A stretch of 64,000 nucleotides of DNA from Oscillospiraceae bacterium (GCA_021202155.1 JAJQDP010000019.1:51084-115083), one strand, 5' to 3'; counted from the stretch's first letter, positions 42,508 through 51,933 are shown. The notes: generated from the sequence alone by a model not told the origin. Made by a program: numbers and translations.

Positions 42508-43881
42508 TTACCATTTCTTTTTTGACGATGAACGCTTTGGTGTTGCGTAGACCTTGACGCGCTTCTTGTTGATTCTATGTACGATAATTTTCAGGATTAT
42601 TATCAGGACAGTATACGCAAGAAAAAATATCGCACTGTACATTGCGGCTTTGTAGAACTGATCAGACCCGATGAAGCTCTGCATTATCGCAAGAGTTTCA
42701 GCACTTTCTGAGCGAGCAAGGTCGGTTTCTGAAACAAGGTCAATCACCGCAAGCGTTTCTCCGCTGTACTGAAGTTCCAATGTTCCCAACACGTCCCCGG
42801 CACTTACCGGGGCGACGACATCGGAACTCAGCGTTATGACTTCATGGATGGAGCTTGTCGATATGTTTGTGTTCCACATCATCGAGAATTTCTCGGCAGG
42901 AACGACTATGACGTAATCCTGACCGTCGCCATATTCAACCGCAACCTCCGCTTTTTCCTCGGTTCCACTTACTATCTCAGTATAGGCAAGGTTATCGAAC
43001 GCCCATTCATAGATGTTCTTGTGGTCGATGAAGTTGTAGTAAACGGTATTTCCATTGTCATCGTACATCGGCGCATTCAATGTGACCAAAAGATAGCTGT
43101 AGCCATCCTTGTAGGCAAGAGATACCAGGCATCTTCCGGCTTCATCAAGGGTACCTGTCTTGATTCCTTTGACATACTCGTAGTAGTAATCGCCGCCGTT
43201 GGTCTTTGACATCATGTAGTTGGTGTGGATGATGGTGCGCTCCTCGTGATAGGATGTAGCCTCCATGGTGTAGCTTTCGGTACAAGCAATCTCAGTGAAC
43301 AGAGGCAGGCTCATTGCGTACTGAGTGATGATAGCCATGTCGTGAGCGGTAGTGTAATGGTTCTCGTAGAAAAGCCCGTGAGCGTTCGTAAAGTGGGTGT
43401 TCTCACAGCCAAGCTCCTTTGCCTTGTCGTTCATCATTTCTACGAAATCCTCAAGGCTTCCAGCAACGTTATAGGCAATGATGTTTGCCGCTTCACATGC
43501 GGAACGTAGCATCAGAGCATAGAGCAAATCCTTATAGGAAACCATTTCTCCGATCTGTATATCTGCCGTAGAAGCACCTGTCAGATAAAGCTCGTCAAAG
43601 CAAGCCGATGTTCCGCAGACATATGTAGTCGACAGAGCAGAGATGTCATCCTGATACAGCTCAAGGAGCAGAGCCGCTGTCATAATCTTCGTCAGTGATG
43701 CCGGTACAAGCTGTTCGTCGGCATTTTTTGTGTAGACGACATCGCCTGTGTCAAGGCTCACAAGATATGCCGCCTCCGAGTATACTTCAAAATCAGGCGT
43801 AAATGTCACAGCAGACACACTGCACGTCATCATTACAAACGTAAACACAACGCAGACGACTATTGAGAGCTTCTTTTTCAT
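42508..43881 (-). CDS. D-alanyl-D-alanine carboxypeptidase (serine-type, PBP5/DacB-like) with a C-terminal membrane anchor
   Basis: SxxK motif PASLTKIMTA, SxN-like region and KTGT (IKTGTLDEAG). Signal peptide and a C-terminal TM segment. I chose the ATG (MKKKLSIVV) because GAGGAG precedes it. Confidence 0.88.
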   Translation of the reverse strand: MKKKLSIVVCVVFTFVMMTCSVSAVTFTPDFEVYSEAAYLVSLDTGDVVYTKNADEQLVPASLTKIMTAALLLELYQDDISALSTTYVCGTSACFDELYLTGASTADIQIGEMVSYKDLLYALMLRSACEAANIIAYNVAGSLEDFVEMMNDKAKELGCENTHFTNAHGLFYENHYTTAHDMAIITQYAMSLPLFTEIACTESYTMEATSYHEERTIIHTNYMMSKTNGGDYYYEYVKGIKTGTLDEAGRCLVSLAYKDGYSYLLVTLNAPMYDDNGNTVYYNFIDHKNIYEWAFDNLAYTEIVSGTEEKAEVAVEYGDGQDYVIVVPAEKFSMMWNTNISTSSIHEVITLSSDVVAPVSAGDVLGTLELQYSGETLAVIDLVSETDLARSESAETLAIMQSFIGSDQFYKAAMYSAIFFLAYTVLIIILKIIVHRINKKRVKVYATPKRSSSKKKW

Positions 43882-43918
43882 TTCAGGAAACACTCCTCTC
43901 TAAGGTTTTTCAATCATA

Positions 43919-44896
43919 TCACTTATTCTTAGCATGGGCTTTTATCTCGCCCTTTTCGCACCTGTTGCCCCAAGAGTCGATCAGCACGCCGTCTCTTGAA
44001 ACGCAGATAATCTCGCAGTGGTTCGAGCACTTTCCGCATGTGACTTCTCTCGTGACGAAGTCCATCTCTCCGACATCGAAGTTAAATGGTGCTTCCTTCC
44101 TTGATTCCATCGCTAAAATTGCTGAACCGTACGCGCCCATCAGGTGACCGTTTTCGTCGACAGTAACCGGAACTCCAAGCTCGTCCATGAACGCCTTCAC
44201 AACTCCCTGGTTTTTGCTGACACCGCCCTGGAACACAATAGGTGAGATTATCTTTCTGCCCTTGGCAACATTGTTGAGATAGTTTGAAGCAACAGCATGG
44301 CATAGACCTGCGATTATGTCCTCGCGGGAATGTCCCATCTGAATCTTGTGCACGAGATCAGATTCCGCGAAAACCGTGCACCTTGCGGCAATTGGCGTCG
44401 GATGCTTTGACTTGAGAGCAATCTCGCCGAACTCTTCAACCTCTACTCCCAGTCTGTGTGCCTGGCTCGAAAGAAAAGCTCCCGTTCCCGCGGCACAAAG
44501 TGTGTTCATGGCGTAGTCGACTGCGATTCCGTTCTCAACCAAAATTATCTTTGAGTCCTGACCGCCTATCTCGAAAATGGTTCTGACGTCCGGGTGGATG
44601 GTGGTTGTCCCTACTGCGTGGGCGGTAATCTCGTTTTTTACGACTCCCGCGCCTATCATTGCTCCGATAAGCTTTCTCGCGCTTCCCGTCGTACCTGAGG
44701 AGACTATAGTATACTTCTCATCGTCGAACTGCTCCCTGAGAACTCCCAAAAGGTTTCTCACAGCTCCGACAGGATTGCCTTCGGTCCATAAGTATGACGA
44801 TGCAATGATGTTTTTCGACTCGTCGATTATTACGCCTTTTGTTGAGATTGAACCGATGTCGATTCCTATGTATGCTTTTGCTTTAGCTTTATTCAA
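43919..44896 (-). CDS. BadF/BadG/BcrA/BcrD-type ATPase (2-hydroxyacyl-CoA-dehydratase-activator-like) with a C-terminal Cys-rich extension
   Basis: YIGIDIGSISTKGVII (ASKHA phosphate-1), GGQDSK and FQGGVSKN. The C-terminal extension is CGKCSNHCEIIC...WGNRCEKG. The TTG start overlaps the upstream stop (TTGA). Confidence 0.8.
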   Translation of the reverse strand: MNKAKAKAYIGIDIGSISTKGVIIDESKNIIASSYLWTEGNPVGAVRNLLGVLREQFDDEKYTIVSSGTTGSARKLIGAMIGAGVVKNEITAHAVGTTTIHPDVRTIFEIGGQDSKIILVENGIAVDYAMNTLCAAGTGAFLSSQAHRLGVEVEEFGEIALKSKHPTPIAARCTVFAESDLVHKIQMGHSREDIIAGLCHAVASNYLNNVAKGRKIISPIVFQGGVSKNQGVVKAFMDELGVPVTVDENGHLMGAYGSAILAMESRKEAPFNFDVGEMDFVTREVTCGKCSNHCEIICVSRDGVLIDSWGNRCEKGEIKAHAKNK

Positions 44897-46005
44897 TTTT
44901 TAAGTACCTTCTTCTTAAGTGAAATCATGTCATAAAACGCCTCAAGACGAGTGTCAAGCCCGGTGTCCGAGGTCTGTGTGTCGTAGCTGAGATACAGAAC
45001 AGGGATATGATAATCCTGCGATAACTTCTGTAAAAGAGGCATAACGTCGACTTCCGGCGTACAGCCGAAGCACTTGACGTGTATGAGACCATCAAAGCCT
45101 TGTTTTGCGTACTTCTCTGCCGCGGCGACAGTCGTCGCGCTTGTAGGTCCCATCGGGAATTTCATATAGTTCTTAGCCGCAGGGAAAAGCTTCTGCTCAC
45201 TTCCGCCTAAGTTATAGTTCGTGACATTTATGAGCCTGTGAACCTCAATTCCCATCCGGCAGAGCTTGTTTTCAACGTCTAAGTTCGAGAATTTATCCAT
45301 GATGGTATAGTATTCTCCGACAACTCCGACCTTGAGCGGCATATCCGGCTTGTTGAGAGGCTCATCGTCCATAGCTACTTTAGCCTTGCGGTACGCATTC
45401 TTGATGTCGTTTCCGGAAGCCGCCATCTTCATATCGAAGAGAAAATCGCGGTATATCTTGTCATATGCTCCCACGTTTGCTTCAAAGCCCATGTTTGCAT
45501 GATAAAGCTCTTCGATTTCGTCAAGGTACTTGACCATCTTCATGGTGTTCGTAGCTTCAATGAGCATCTGCGGGTACTTTACATCGGGATTGACCGACTT
45601 GATAACCTTAAGCCACTCGCTCTTTTTCTTGTCTTTGAGGAAATCGAAGTTAATCATCGTGAACTCATAGCCCATATCCCGAAGAATCTTCTCCTGAAGC
45701 TCTCCGTAGAATCCAAGCCTGCATGGTCCGCCGATTTCAACCAGTGTATCAGCACCAAGTTCTAACATCTCAATCATGCTTCCAAGCGAATGCTTGAAGG
45801 GGGTGCAGACAAAGTCAGGACTGTTCAGCTCACCGAAATGAACCGTCTTTTTCGTATGAGCGGCGGGAAGAATGCATTCAGCATCAACGCCCTGTTCAAC
45901 AAAATACTTGAAGGCAAGGTTGTAGTTACTGAAGGTAGGAAGTGCTACCTTTCTTTGATCGCCGCGAATAGCTGAATTTTTGCTTTTATTTTTCTTATTT
46001 GCCAT
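44893..46005 (-). CDS. acyl-CoA dehydratase activase-related protein (DUF2229-like), second subunit
   Basis: The internal ATG at 46005 overlaps the upstream stop by 11 nt. Family assignment rests on recalled resemblance of length, context and sequence pattern (HVKCFGCTPEVD, YLSYDTQTSDTGLDTRLEAF). Confidence 0.65.
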   Translation of the reverse strand: MANKKNKSKNSAIRGDQRKVALPTFSNYNLAFKYFVEQGVDAECILPAAHTKKTVHFGELNSPDFVCTPFKHSLGSMIEMLELGADTLVEIGGPCRLGFYGELQEKILRDMGYEFTMINFDFLKDKKKSEWLKVIKSVNPDVKYPQMLIEATNTMKMVKYLDEIEELYHANMGFEANVGAYDKIYRDFLFDMKMAASGNDIKNAYRKAKVAMDDEPLNKPDMPLKVGVVGEYYTIMDKFSNLDVENKLCRMGIEVHRLINVTNYNLGGSEQKLFPAAKNYMKFPMGPTSATTVAAAEKYAKQGFDGLIHVKCFGCTPEVDVMPLLQKLSQDYHIPVLYLSYDTQTSDTGLDTRLEAFYDMISLKKKVLKN

Positions 46006-46963
46006 AGCCGCCGCTTTCTCTGAATCTGATGATGTCCACGAAGCTTTCAAGCCTTGTCTCAAGCCCTGCTGTGCCGTCCTGAACATCCATTGTTACCTGC
46101 AAGATTGGAATATCCTTGACCGTCCTGAGTATGTACTCATTAGTCATCGAGTCTGTACAGCAAGGGTACGCGCTCATCAGTATAATTCCGTCAAGCTTGT
46201 TCTTGTATAAGTCGATAGTGCCCAATATCTCGCGGCTCTCAATCCACGGCAGTGTGTGAGCAATAGCCTGGCTTCTCTTTGTAGCCGCTTTTGTATTCGC
46301 CCTGTCGACGTACAAAACCTTACAGCCCAAGCCACTGAGGAAGCTTTCAATCTGTCCGCCGATGTAGGGATCGTGCGCTATATAGGGATGTGCCGCTAAG
46401 AGTAGCTTGTGTCCATCCTGCGACAGAATCGCGCGCTGTTCCCTGGCTTCTGCCTGGGAAGCCTGCTGAGAAGCCCTCACAGCCTGTGAATAGGCTCTCT
46501 TAGCCTCTTTCTTTGATTTGCCAAGCTTAATTCCGAGCTCGATATAGTCGTCCTCGATGTCGTTTTCAGACTTCCAGTCATGAGAAAGTGTGATAACCCT
46601 GATGCCCTTGTCCGCAAAAACAGTCGACACGACATCATAGAGAGCTTCAAACCTTGTGCAGAATTTTTCTCTCAGCTTAAATCCCGCTATTCTTGGTACA
46701 AAAACAGCATCGCATTTACCGATAAGACTGTCGACGTGCCCAAGGTAAACCTTGAGAGAATAGCAAGCCTCGTCGATAGAGCGGTTGATGCCATTTGTAA
46801 GGATTTCTTTTGTGGTGGGCTCACTTACTACGCATTCAAGCCCCAAGCCCTTGAAGAATTCAAGCCACAGCCTGCCATACCTGTAGTAGTGCAGGGCTCT
46901 TGGAATTCCGATGGTCTTGACGCCGGCATATTCGTGAAATTCCTTCATAAAGTCAAGATTCAT
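45995..46963 (-). CDS. acyl-CoA dehydratase activase-related protein (DUF2229-like), first subunit
   Basis: IGIPRALHYYRYGRLWLEFFKGLG at the N-terminus and MSAYPCCTDSM, VTMDVQDGTAGLETRLESF at the C-terminus. This C-terminal pattern parallels the downstream paralog. Confidence 0.65.
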   Translation of the reverse strand: MNLDFMKEFHEYAGVKTIGIPRALHYYRYGRLWLEFFKGLGLECVVSEPTTKEILTNGINRSIDEACYSLKVYLGHVDSLIGKCDAVFVPRIAGFKLREKFCTRFEALYDVVSTVFADKGIRVITLSHDWKSENDIEDDYIELGIKLGKSKKEAKRAYSQAVRASQQASQAEAREQRAILSQDGHKLLLAAHPYIAHDPYIGGQIESFLSGLGCKVLYVDRANTKAATKRSQAIAHTLPWIESREILGTIDLYKNKLDGIILMSAYPCCTDSMTNEYILRTVKDIPILQVTMDVQDGTAGLETRLESFVDIIRFRESGGYGK

Positions 46964-47090
46964 GTACACTTACCTTCAATTCGTCGTTGTAAATCCATTG
47001 AGTAGGTAATATCTATTATAGTCGAAAGAGGGATTCATGTCAAGTGAAAGACTCGTGGCACGAATTATCTCGATTTATATAATTTGACTC

Positions 47091-47119
47091 TTGACAAATG
47101 CTTCGGAATGTGATAATAT
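47091..47119 (+). promoter_or_regulatory. sigma-A-type promoter
   Basis: TTGACA, a 17-nt spacer and TAATAT. Confidence 0.6.
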
Positions 47120-47126
47120 CTTAGCA

Positions 47127-47283
47127 ATAAAACAGGGGAGCTTGCAAGGGCAGGCTGAGAGGGAGCGCGTATCGCTCCGACCCGTAACCTGATTCGGATA
47201 ATGCCGACGTAGGGCGTATAGCACATGGGTGCTTTGCATTCAGAGTGCAATTTGCTTGCTCCGTCGCGACGGGGCTTTTTTGT
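47127..47283 (+). promoter_or_regulatory. TPP (THI-box) riboswitch with terminator expression platform
   Basis: aggggagc...ggCTGAGAgg...gACCCgtaACCTGATtcGGATAATGCCgaCGtAGGG matches the THI-element core. A ccgtcgcgacgg hairpin plus T-run follows at 47261-47283. Confidence 0.9.
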
Positions 47284-47337
47284 TGGAATTTTCTCTCGGG
47301 CGATGTTTTAAATAACACAAAGAAAGGGATTATTGTA

Positions 47338-47907
47338 ATGAAATCCTCACAGAAAACAAGAATTTTAGTCGAGGGAGCACTCATGATAGCTCTTGCTACC
47401 ATCCTCTCCTACCTCAAGCTCTTCAACCTTCCATATGGCGGTTCAATCACTTTCGAGATGATTCCGCTTATCCTTATGGGCTTAAGAAACGGTCCCAAGT
47501 GGGGCTGTTTTACCGGTCTTGTTCATGGGCTTCTGCAGATGATTCTCGGATTTGAGAACGTCCTCTACTGCACAACTCTATTGAGCCAGGTAGGCTGCAT
47601 CTTACTTGACTACCTCGTAGCATTCACTGTCCTCGGTCTTGCACTCGTATTCGCAAAGCCCTTCAAGAATCAGCTCGTAGGCGTAGGAGTCGGAACTGCA
47701 ATTGTCGGAGTGTTCAGATTCATCTGTAGCTTCCTTTCAGGCGTTCTCATCTGGGGCGGCTATGCTCCCGAGGGAATGGGCGCGGTAGTTTACAGCTTCC
47801 TTTATAACGGTGCTTACATGCTTCCCGACATCATCATCTGCGTTGTAGTTTTAGTTCTCTTGAGAAAGTTCGCGCCAAGACTCTTCAGAGTCGAAAAGGC
47901 ACAGTAA
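47338..47907 (+). CDS. thiT: thiamine ECF-transporter S component (ThiT-like)
   Basis: An internal ATG follows AGAAAGGGA. The protein has six TM segments. It lies directly downstream of the TPP riboswitch and upstream of the thiamine pyrophosphokinase gene. Confidence 0.8.
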   Translation: MKSSQKTRILVEGALMIALATILSYLKLFNLPYGGSITFEMIPLILMGLRNGPKWGCFTGLVHGLLQMILGFENVLYCTTLLSQVGCILLDYLVAFTVLGLALVFAKPFKNQLVGVGVGTAIVGVFRFICSFLSGVLIWGGYAPEGMGAVVYSFLYNGAYMLPDIIICVVVLVLLRKFAPRLFRVEKAQ

Positions 47908-47908
47908 T

Positions 47909-48541
47909 ATGTCTCGCGTCTTTATCTTTGGTGCAGGCGAAACCATTCCACTCAGAGCTGTTCCCGAAGCCGGCGACTTTGTAATCGCCGCTGACGGTGG
48001 GATGAAATTTCTTGATTCCCTTGGCATCAAGCCTGACCTGATAATAGGGGACTTTGATTCCTCAAAAGAGCCAACTGATGGTGAGATAATAAAGCTTCCT
48101 GTGGAGAAAGACGATACCGACTCTGTGTTCGCGGTCAGATATTCGCTTGAACACGGCTACAAGGAAGTACATATCTACGGCGGAACTGGTGGCAGACTCG
48201 ACCACACCATCGCCAATATACAGATTCTTTCCTATATCGCTGAGCACGGAGCGATAGGCTATCTCTATAGCCCTGAAATGGTGATGACCGTCATCAAGGG
48301 CGACCTGACGATAGAGCCAATCGGAATCTTTTCCGTATTCTCACTCGGTGGTACTTCTCACGGAGTTTCGATTAAAGGCGGGTTCTATGAGATGCAGGAT
48401 GGCGAAATCTCCTCAAGCTTTCCGATAGGAGTCAGCAACCATTCAGTAGGGAGACCTGTCACAATCAAAGCAGGTGACGGGATACTCCTTGTGATGTGGG
48501 CTGACCATGGTGAGTCGGCGGAAAGGTTCGCCGAGTATTAA
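47909..48541 (+). CDS. thiN: thiamine diphosphokinase
   Basis: IAADGG, GDFDS, KDDTD and GGTGGRLDH motifs of the TPK family. Confidence 0.88.
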   Translation: MSRVFIFGAGETIPLRAVPEAGDFVIAADGGMKFLDSLGIKPDLIIGDFDSSKEPTDGEIIKLPVEKDDTDSVFAVRYSLEHGYKEVHIYGGTGGRLDHTIANIQILSYIAEHGAIGYLYSPEMVMTVIKGDLTIEPIGIFSVFSLGGTSHGVSIKGGFYEMQDGEISSSFPIGVSNHSVGRPVTIKAGDGILLVMWADHGESAERFAEY

Positions 48542-48572
48542 CAAAGCGTACTGACAAATCGATATAATAAGC

Positions 48573-48616
48573 CAAAGGGATTGCCCCGTCTTAATAGGGG
48601 AATCCCTTTGTTGCTT
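48573..48616 (+). terminator. terminator hairpin
   Basis: caaagggatt(g)cccc-loop-ggggaatccctttg, about 14 bp, followed by ttgctt. Confidence 0.6.
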
Positions 48617-48855
48617 ATCTATATTTTGGATGGAGGAAAAAGAGAAACTGCGAATTTATAATATAGATCGGATCGTTTACGCTTCATCTGCAATTGCAGA
48701 CCCGTTTTGAACCGTAACGTCTCGGAAGTTGTCTTTATCTTTACTATGCTTCTATTTTAGCACATTTTTGTGCGGATTCAAGAACAGGAAGATTACAAAT
48801 GGTGACAACTCGGTTACAAACGCCGCCAATCAGTTACAAATCCGTATACTCTGAA

Positions 48856-49917
48856 TTAGTCGGGGATTGCATACAGATTCGTATCCCATGCAGGGTAGTA
48901 TGGATAGTGGCGGATGAATAGCTTGTAGCCTGGATTCATCTCGTGAACCATGAGCGGCAGTTCAAACAAATCTCCGACTCTGTGATAAATCGCGATGTTT
49001 AGCTTGGGAGAATACATCTCAATAGTGTTTCTTGCGCCGATCAGTGCGGCTCGCTCCTCGCCTTCAATATCCATCTTTATATATGAGCAGTTATTGCCGT
49101 CAAGAATGCTGTCAACGCTTCTGACAGGAATCTCTACTCCCTCATCGCTCCGCCTTATCATTCTTCCTCCGCCTTTGAGAACGCGGGTAACCCCATCCTC
49201 ACTTCCTATGGCGGCATTTATGAGTCTTATATTTGACATGAAAACAGTGTTCTCTGAAAGCTTCCTGAAATTCCTTTTGTCCGGCTCAACGGCGTAAATC
49301 CTCTGATATTTTCTGTCTGTGGCTTTCAGGAAAGCAACAATAGTGTCTCCTGTATATGCGCCTAAGTCCATATATATCTCGTTGCTTCCGAGATTAAGGA
49401 TGTTCTCACCGGGAATGCTCTCGCAGGCTCTTAGCGGCTCAAGACGCCCGGTGATTTTGTATTCAATCAGCTTTTCAAAGCAGAACTTCGACTGCTCATC
49501 ATGAAGGAGCTCATAGACCTCCGAAATCTTGTCGAAATTCTCCTGCAGATATTCTTTCGTGAAAAGTCCGTCGCCTATGACCGGCATGTCGGGTACAAAG
49601 AGCCGATGCCTCATTGCGATTTCGTCAATCTTTTCCCGAAGCTCCTCATAACCAGCACCAAATGCGAGAGCTATAGTGAATTTGTCGACATTAGCCTCAA
49701 TCTCTGACAACCTGCGTATTTTGTGCTCTTCAAAGACCTTGTCTCTCACGAATTCGTCGCTCGCAAATATCCCGGCACAGGGAATACCGTACTCTCTGAA
49801 TATCCTGAGAAGCTTGAGGCAACCGTCTCCCATGCCGTAAATAAATATAGGCTCATCTGTAATTTTGAGAACGTCCAGGTACGATTCAAGCGATAGAAAC
49901 TTATTTATATCTAACAT
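48856..49917 (-). CDS. FkbM-family SAM-dependent methyltransferase with an N-terminal Rossmann-like extension
   Basis: AAGGAG RBS. DLGAYTGDT (SAM motif I) and YIKMDIEGEE, typical of FkbM. Confidence 0.8.
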   Translation of the reverse strand: MLDINKFLSLESYLDVLKITDEPIFIYGMGDGCLKLLRIFREYGIPCAGIFASDEFVRDKVFEEHKIRRLSEIEANVDKFTIALAFGAGYEELREKIDEIAMRHRLFVPDMPVIGDGLFTKEYLQENFDKISEVYELLHDEQSKFCFEKLIEYKITGRLEPLRACESIPGENILNLGSNEIYMDLGAYTGDTIVAFLKATDRKYQRIYAVEPDKRNFRKLSENTVFMSNIRLINAAIGSEDGVTRVLKGGGRMIRRSDEGVEIPVRSVDSILDGNNCSYIKMDIEGEERAALIGARNTIEMYSPKLNIAIYHRVGDLFELPLMVHEMNPGYKLFIRHYPYYPAWDTNLYAIPD

Positions 49918-50109
49918 AATGTGCTCCTTGATGAGTTTTTATACGTCAATTATACGATTTTTAAAAGTATTCTGCAACAGAAATTTTCACAAGTTGGGTC
50001 TTGTCACTTAGAATAAATCTGTGACAGCGCACAAAAATCGGTCTCAGCTATTGCATTTTGAATCAAAAGCGAATAAAATATATCTATAAACTCACACGGG
50101 AGAATGGTT

Positions 50110-50883
50110 ATGGTTTTTACTGTTGATGCCGGAAATACAAATATAGTCCTCGGCGTGTTTGACGACGAAGGAAAGCTCATATTTACTTCAAGAGTGGCGA
50201 CTGAAGCCTCGAAGACTGAGGATCAGTACGCTGTGACTTTTGGTGACATCTTGAGCCTTTACGGAGTCGACAAGGCGGAAATAACTGGTGCGGCAATTTC
50301 GACTGTCGTCCCTCAGCTTACTACCACCCTCAAAAACGCCGTCTGGAAGCTTTTCAAGGTTGACGCAGTGGTAATCGGCGCAGGTATAAAAACCGGTCTG
50401 AATATCAAAATCGGAAATCCCGCAAGCCTCGGCGCAGATCTTGTCTGCGGTGCGGTCGGTGCACTCCTGAAATATGCTCCTCCGCTTATCATCTTCGACT
50501 TCGGAACAGCCACAACAATTTCTGGAATCGACCGTAGCGGTAGCTTCCTCGGAGGCTCTATCATCCCTGGCGTAAATGTCTCGCTTAAAGCACTTTCCTC
50601 ATCCGCGGCTCAGCTTCAGGACATAAATCCTGACTCCGGCACAATCGATGTCATAGGTGCAGACACTGTGGGATCGATGCGCTCAGGAGTAATTTTAGGC
50701 AACTCCTCGATGATGGACGGAATGATTGAAAGATACCGTTCGGAATTAGGGGAGGACGCCAAGGTTATCGCAACCGGAGGCTTGGCATCAAGCATCGTTC
50801 CATACTGCAAGACGGAGGGAATCGTCCTTGATGGCGGACTTCTACTTGATGGTCTTTACGCCATCTATCAGAAAAACTGCTGA
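50110..50883 (+). CDS. coaX: type III pantothenate kinase
   Basis: MVFTVDAGNTNIVLGVF (DxGNT), FGTATT and ATGGLA. I chose the ATG at 50110 because GGGAGA lies 6 nt upstream. The alternative start is 50104. Confidence 0.9.
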   Translation: MVFTVDAGNTNIVLGVFDDEGKLIFTSRVATEASKTEDQYAVTFGDILSLYGVDKAEITGAAISTVVPQLTTTLKNAVWKLFKVDAVVIGAGIKTGLNIKIGNPASLGADLVCGAVGALLKYAPPLIIFDFGTATTISGIDRSGSFLGGSIIPGVNVSLKALSSSAAQLQDINPDSGTIDVIGADTVGSMRSGVILGNSSMMDGMIERYRSELGEDAKVIATGGLASSIVPYCKTEGIVLDGGLLLDGLYAIYQKNC

Positions 50884-50966
50884 TTACAGCTTGATAACAT
50901 CTGCTTCGTGAGTTTAAATACGGCGATTTACCGGTTAGTTCCGGAAATCAGTCAGGAGTAGATAAT

Positions 50967-51563
50967 ATGCAAAAAACAAATTCCGCAAACATCAGACAGC
51001 TCACAATCCTTGGAATGCTGACCGCCATAGTTGTAGTTCTACAGCTACTTGGCTCGTTCATCCGGTTCGGCGTGTTCTCAATCTCGCTTGTGCTTATACC
51101 GATAGTAGTCGGTGCGGCACTCTGTGGACCTTGGGCGGGGGCATGGCTCGGCTTCGTGTTCAGTATTGTAGTTCTCATTTCCGGTGATGCTTCGGCTTTT
51201 CTCGCTGTAAATGTCCCCGGAACGATAATTATCGTTATCCTCAAGGGCACATGCGCAGGGCTCGTCGCAGGTCTGGTATTCAGCCTTGTGAACAAGCTCA
51301 AATTCAAGGGAAGCAGATATGTTGCAACAGTTGCGGCGGCAGTTGCCTGCCCGGTTGTCAACACCGGAATCTTCCTCATCGGTTGCTTCCTCTTTTTCTA
51401 TGATACTGTTGCAGGCTGGGCATCAGCTTTGGGCTATGAGAATGCAGTAGCGTACATGTTCTTAGGACTTGCCGGAGGAAACTTCCTCTTTGAGCTTCTC
51501 TTCAACGTCATTTTGAGCCCCGTCATAGTGCGGATAGTGAATATAGGCGAAAAGACAGCATAA
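50967..51563 (+). CDS. ECF-transporter S component (possibly pantothenate-specific)
   Basis: About 6 TM segments, small size, and the QLTILGMLTAIVVVLQ pattern of S components. The substrate is inferred only from adjacency to coaX. Confidence 0.65.
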   Translation: MQKTNSANIRQLTILGMLTAIVVVLQLLGSFIRFGVFSISLVLIPIVVGAALCGPWAGAWLGFVFSIVVLISGDASAFLAVNVPGTIIIVILKGTCAGLVAGLVFSLVNKLKFKGSRYVATVAAAVACPVVNTGIFLIGCFLFFYDTVAGWASALGYENAVAYMFLGLAGGNFLFELLFNVILSPVIVRIVNIGEKTA

Positions 51564-51575
51564 GCTTATCAGTGT

Positions 51576-51618
51576 TGTGTTGTGGGTTTCTTAAAGAAAC
51601 CTGCAACACAATTATTTT
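51576..51618 (+). terminator. rho-independent terminator
   Basis: 15-bp stem (tgtgttgtgggtttc / gaaacctgcaacaca, 2 G-U pairs) with loop ttaaa, then attatttt. Confidence 0.8.
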
Positions 51619-51623
51619 AACTC

Positions 51624-51652
51624 TTGACAAACTCTTTTGGCTGTGTTATCAT
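51624..51652 (+). promoter_or_regulatory. sigma-A-type promoter of the valS leader
   Basis: TTGACA, a 17-nt spacer and TATCAT. Confidence 0.6.
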
Positions 51653-51654
51653 AC

Positions 51655-51898
51655 AGTAAGAAATGGCTTTGACGAAGAGCGGCAGGGGCAATTTTCTTTA
51701 AAGAGAGGCGGCGGTTGGTGCGAGCTGTCAGGATAATCCCAAGTCGGTAGCTTCTGAGCCGACGGAAAGAAAGGTAAGTCCAAGTAGAATCCGTCCGTAT
51801 GGCGTACGTTATACGCATTAAGAGGCAGAAAGTATTTTCTGCAATTTGAGTGGTACCGCGGGTTATCTCGTCTCAGGAATATTCTGAGGCGATTTTTT
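51655..51898 (+). promoter_or_regulatory. T-box leader (Val specifier) with terminator/antiterminator
   Basis: AGAGAG and GGTTGGTGCGAG Stem-I elements. Candidate specifier GTA followed by A at 51774-77. T-box sequence aatttgaGTGGTACCGCGg at ~51843-61. Terminator tcgtctcag-gaatatt-ctgaggcga plus T6. Confidence 0.9.
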
Positions 51899-51933
51899 AT
51901 TTCGCGGAATAAATAAGGAAAGGTTCATCCAAA

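Noticed and set aside
48801-48923. 40-codon plus-strand ORF (MVTTRLQTPPISYK...) starting after AGGAAG
   Set aside because: Its 3' half overlaps the end of the well-supported FkbM gene on the opposite strand. The sequence is just the translated TTACAAA repeats. There is no independent support.
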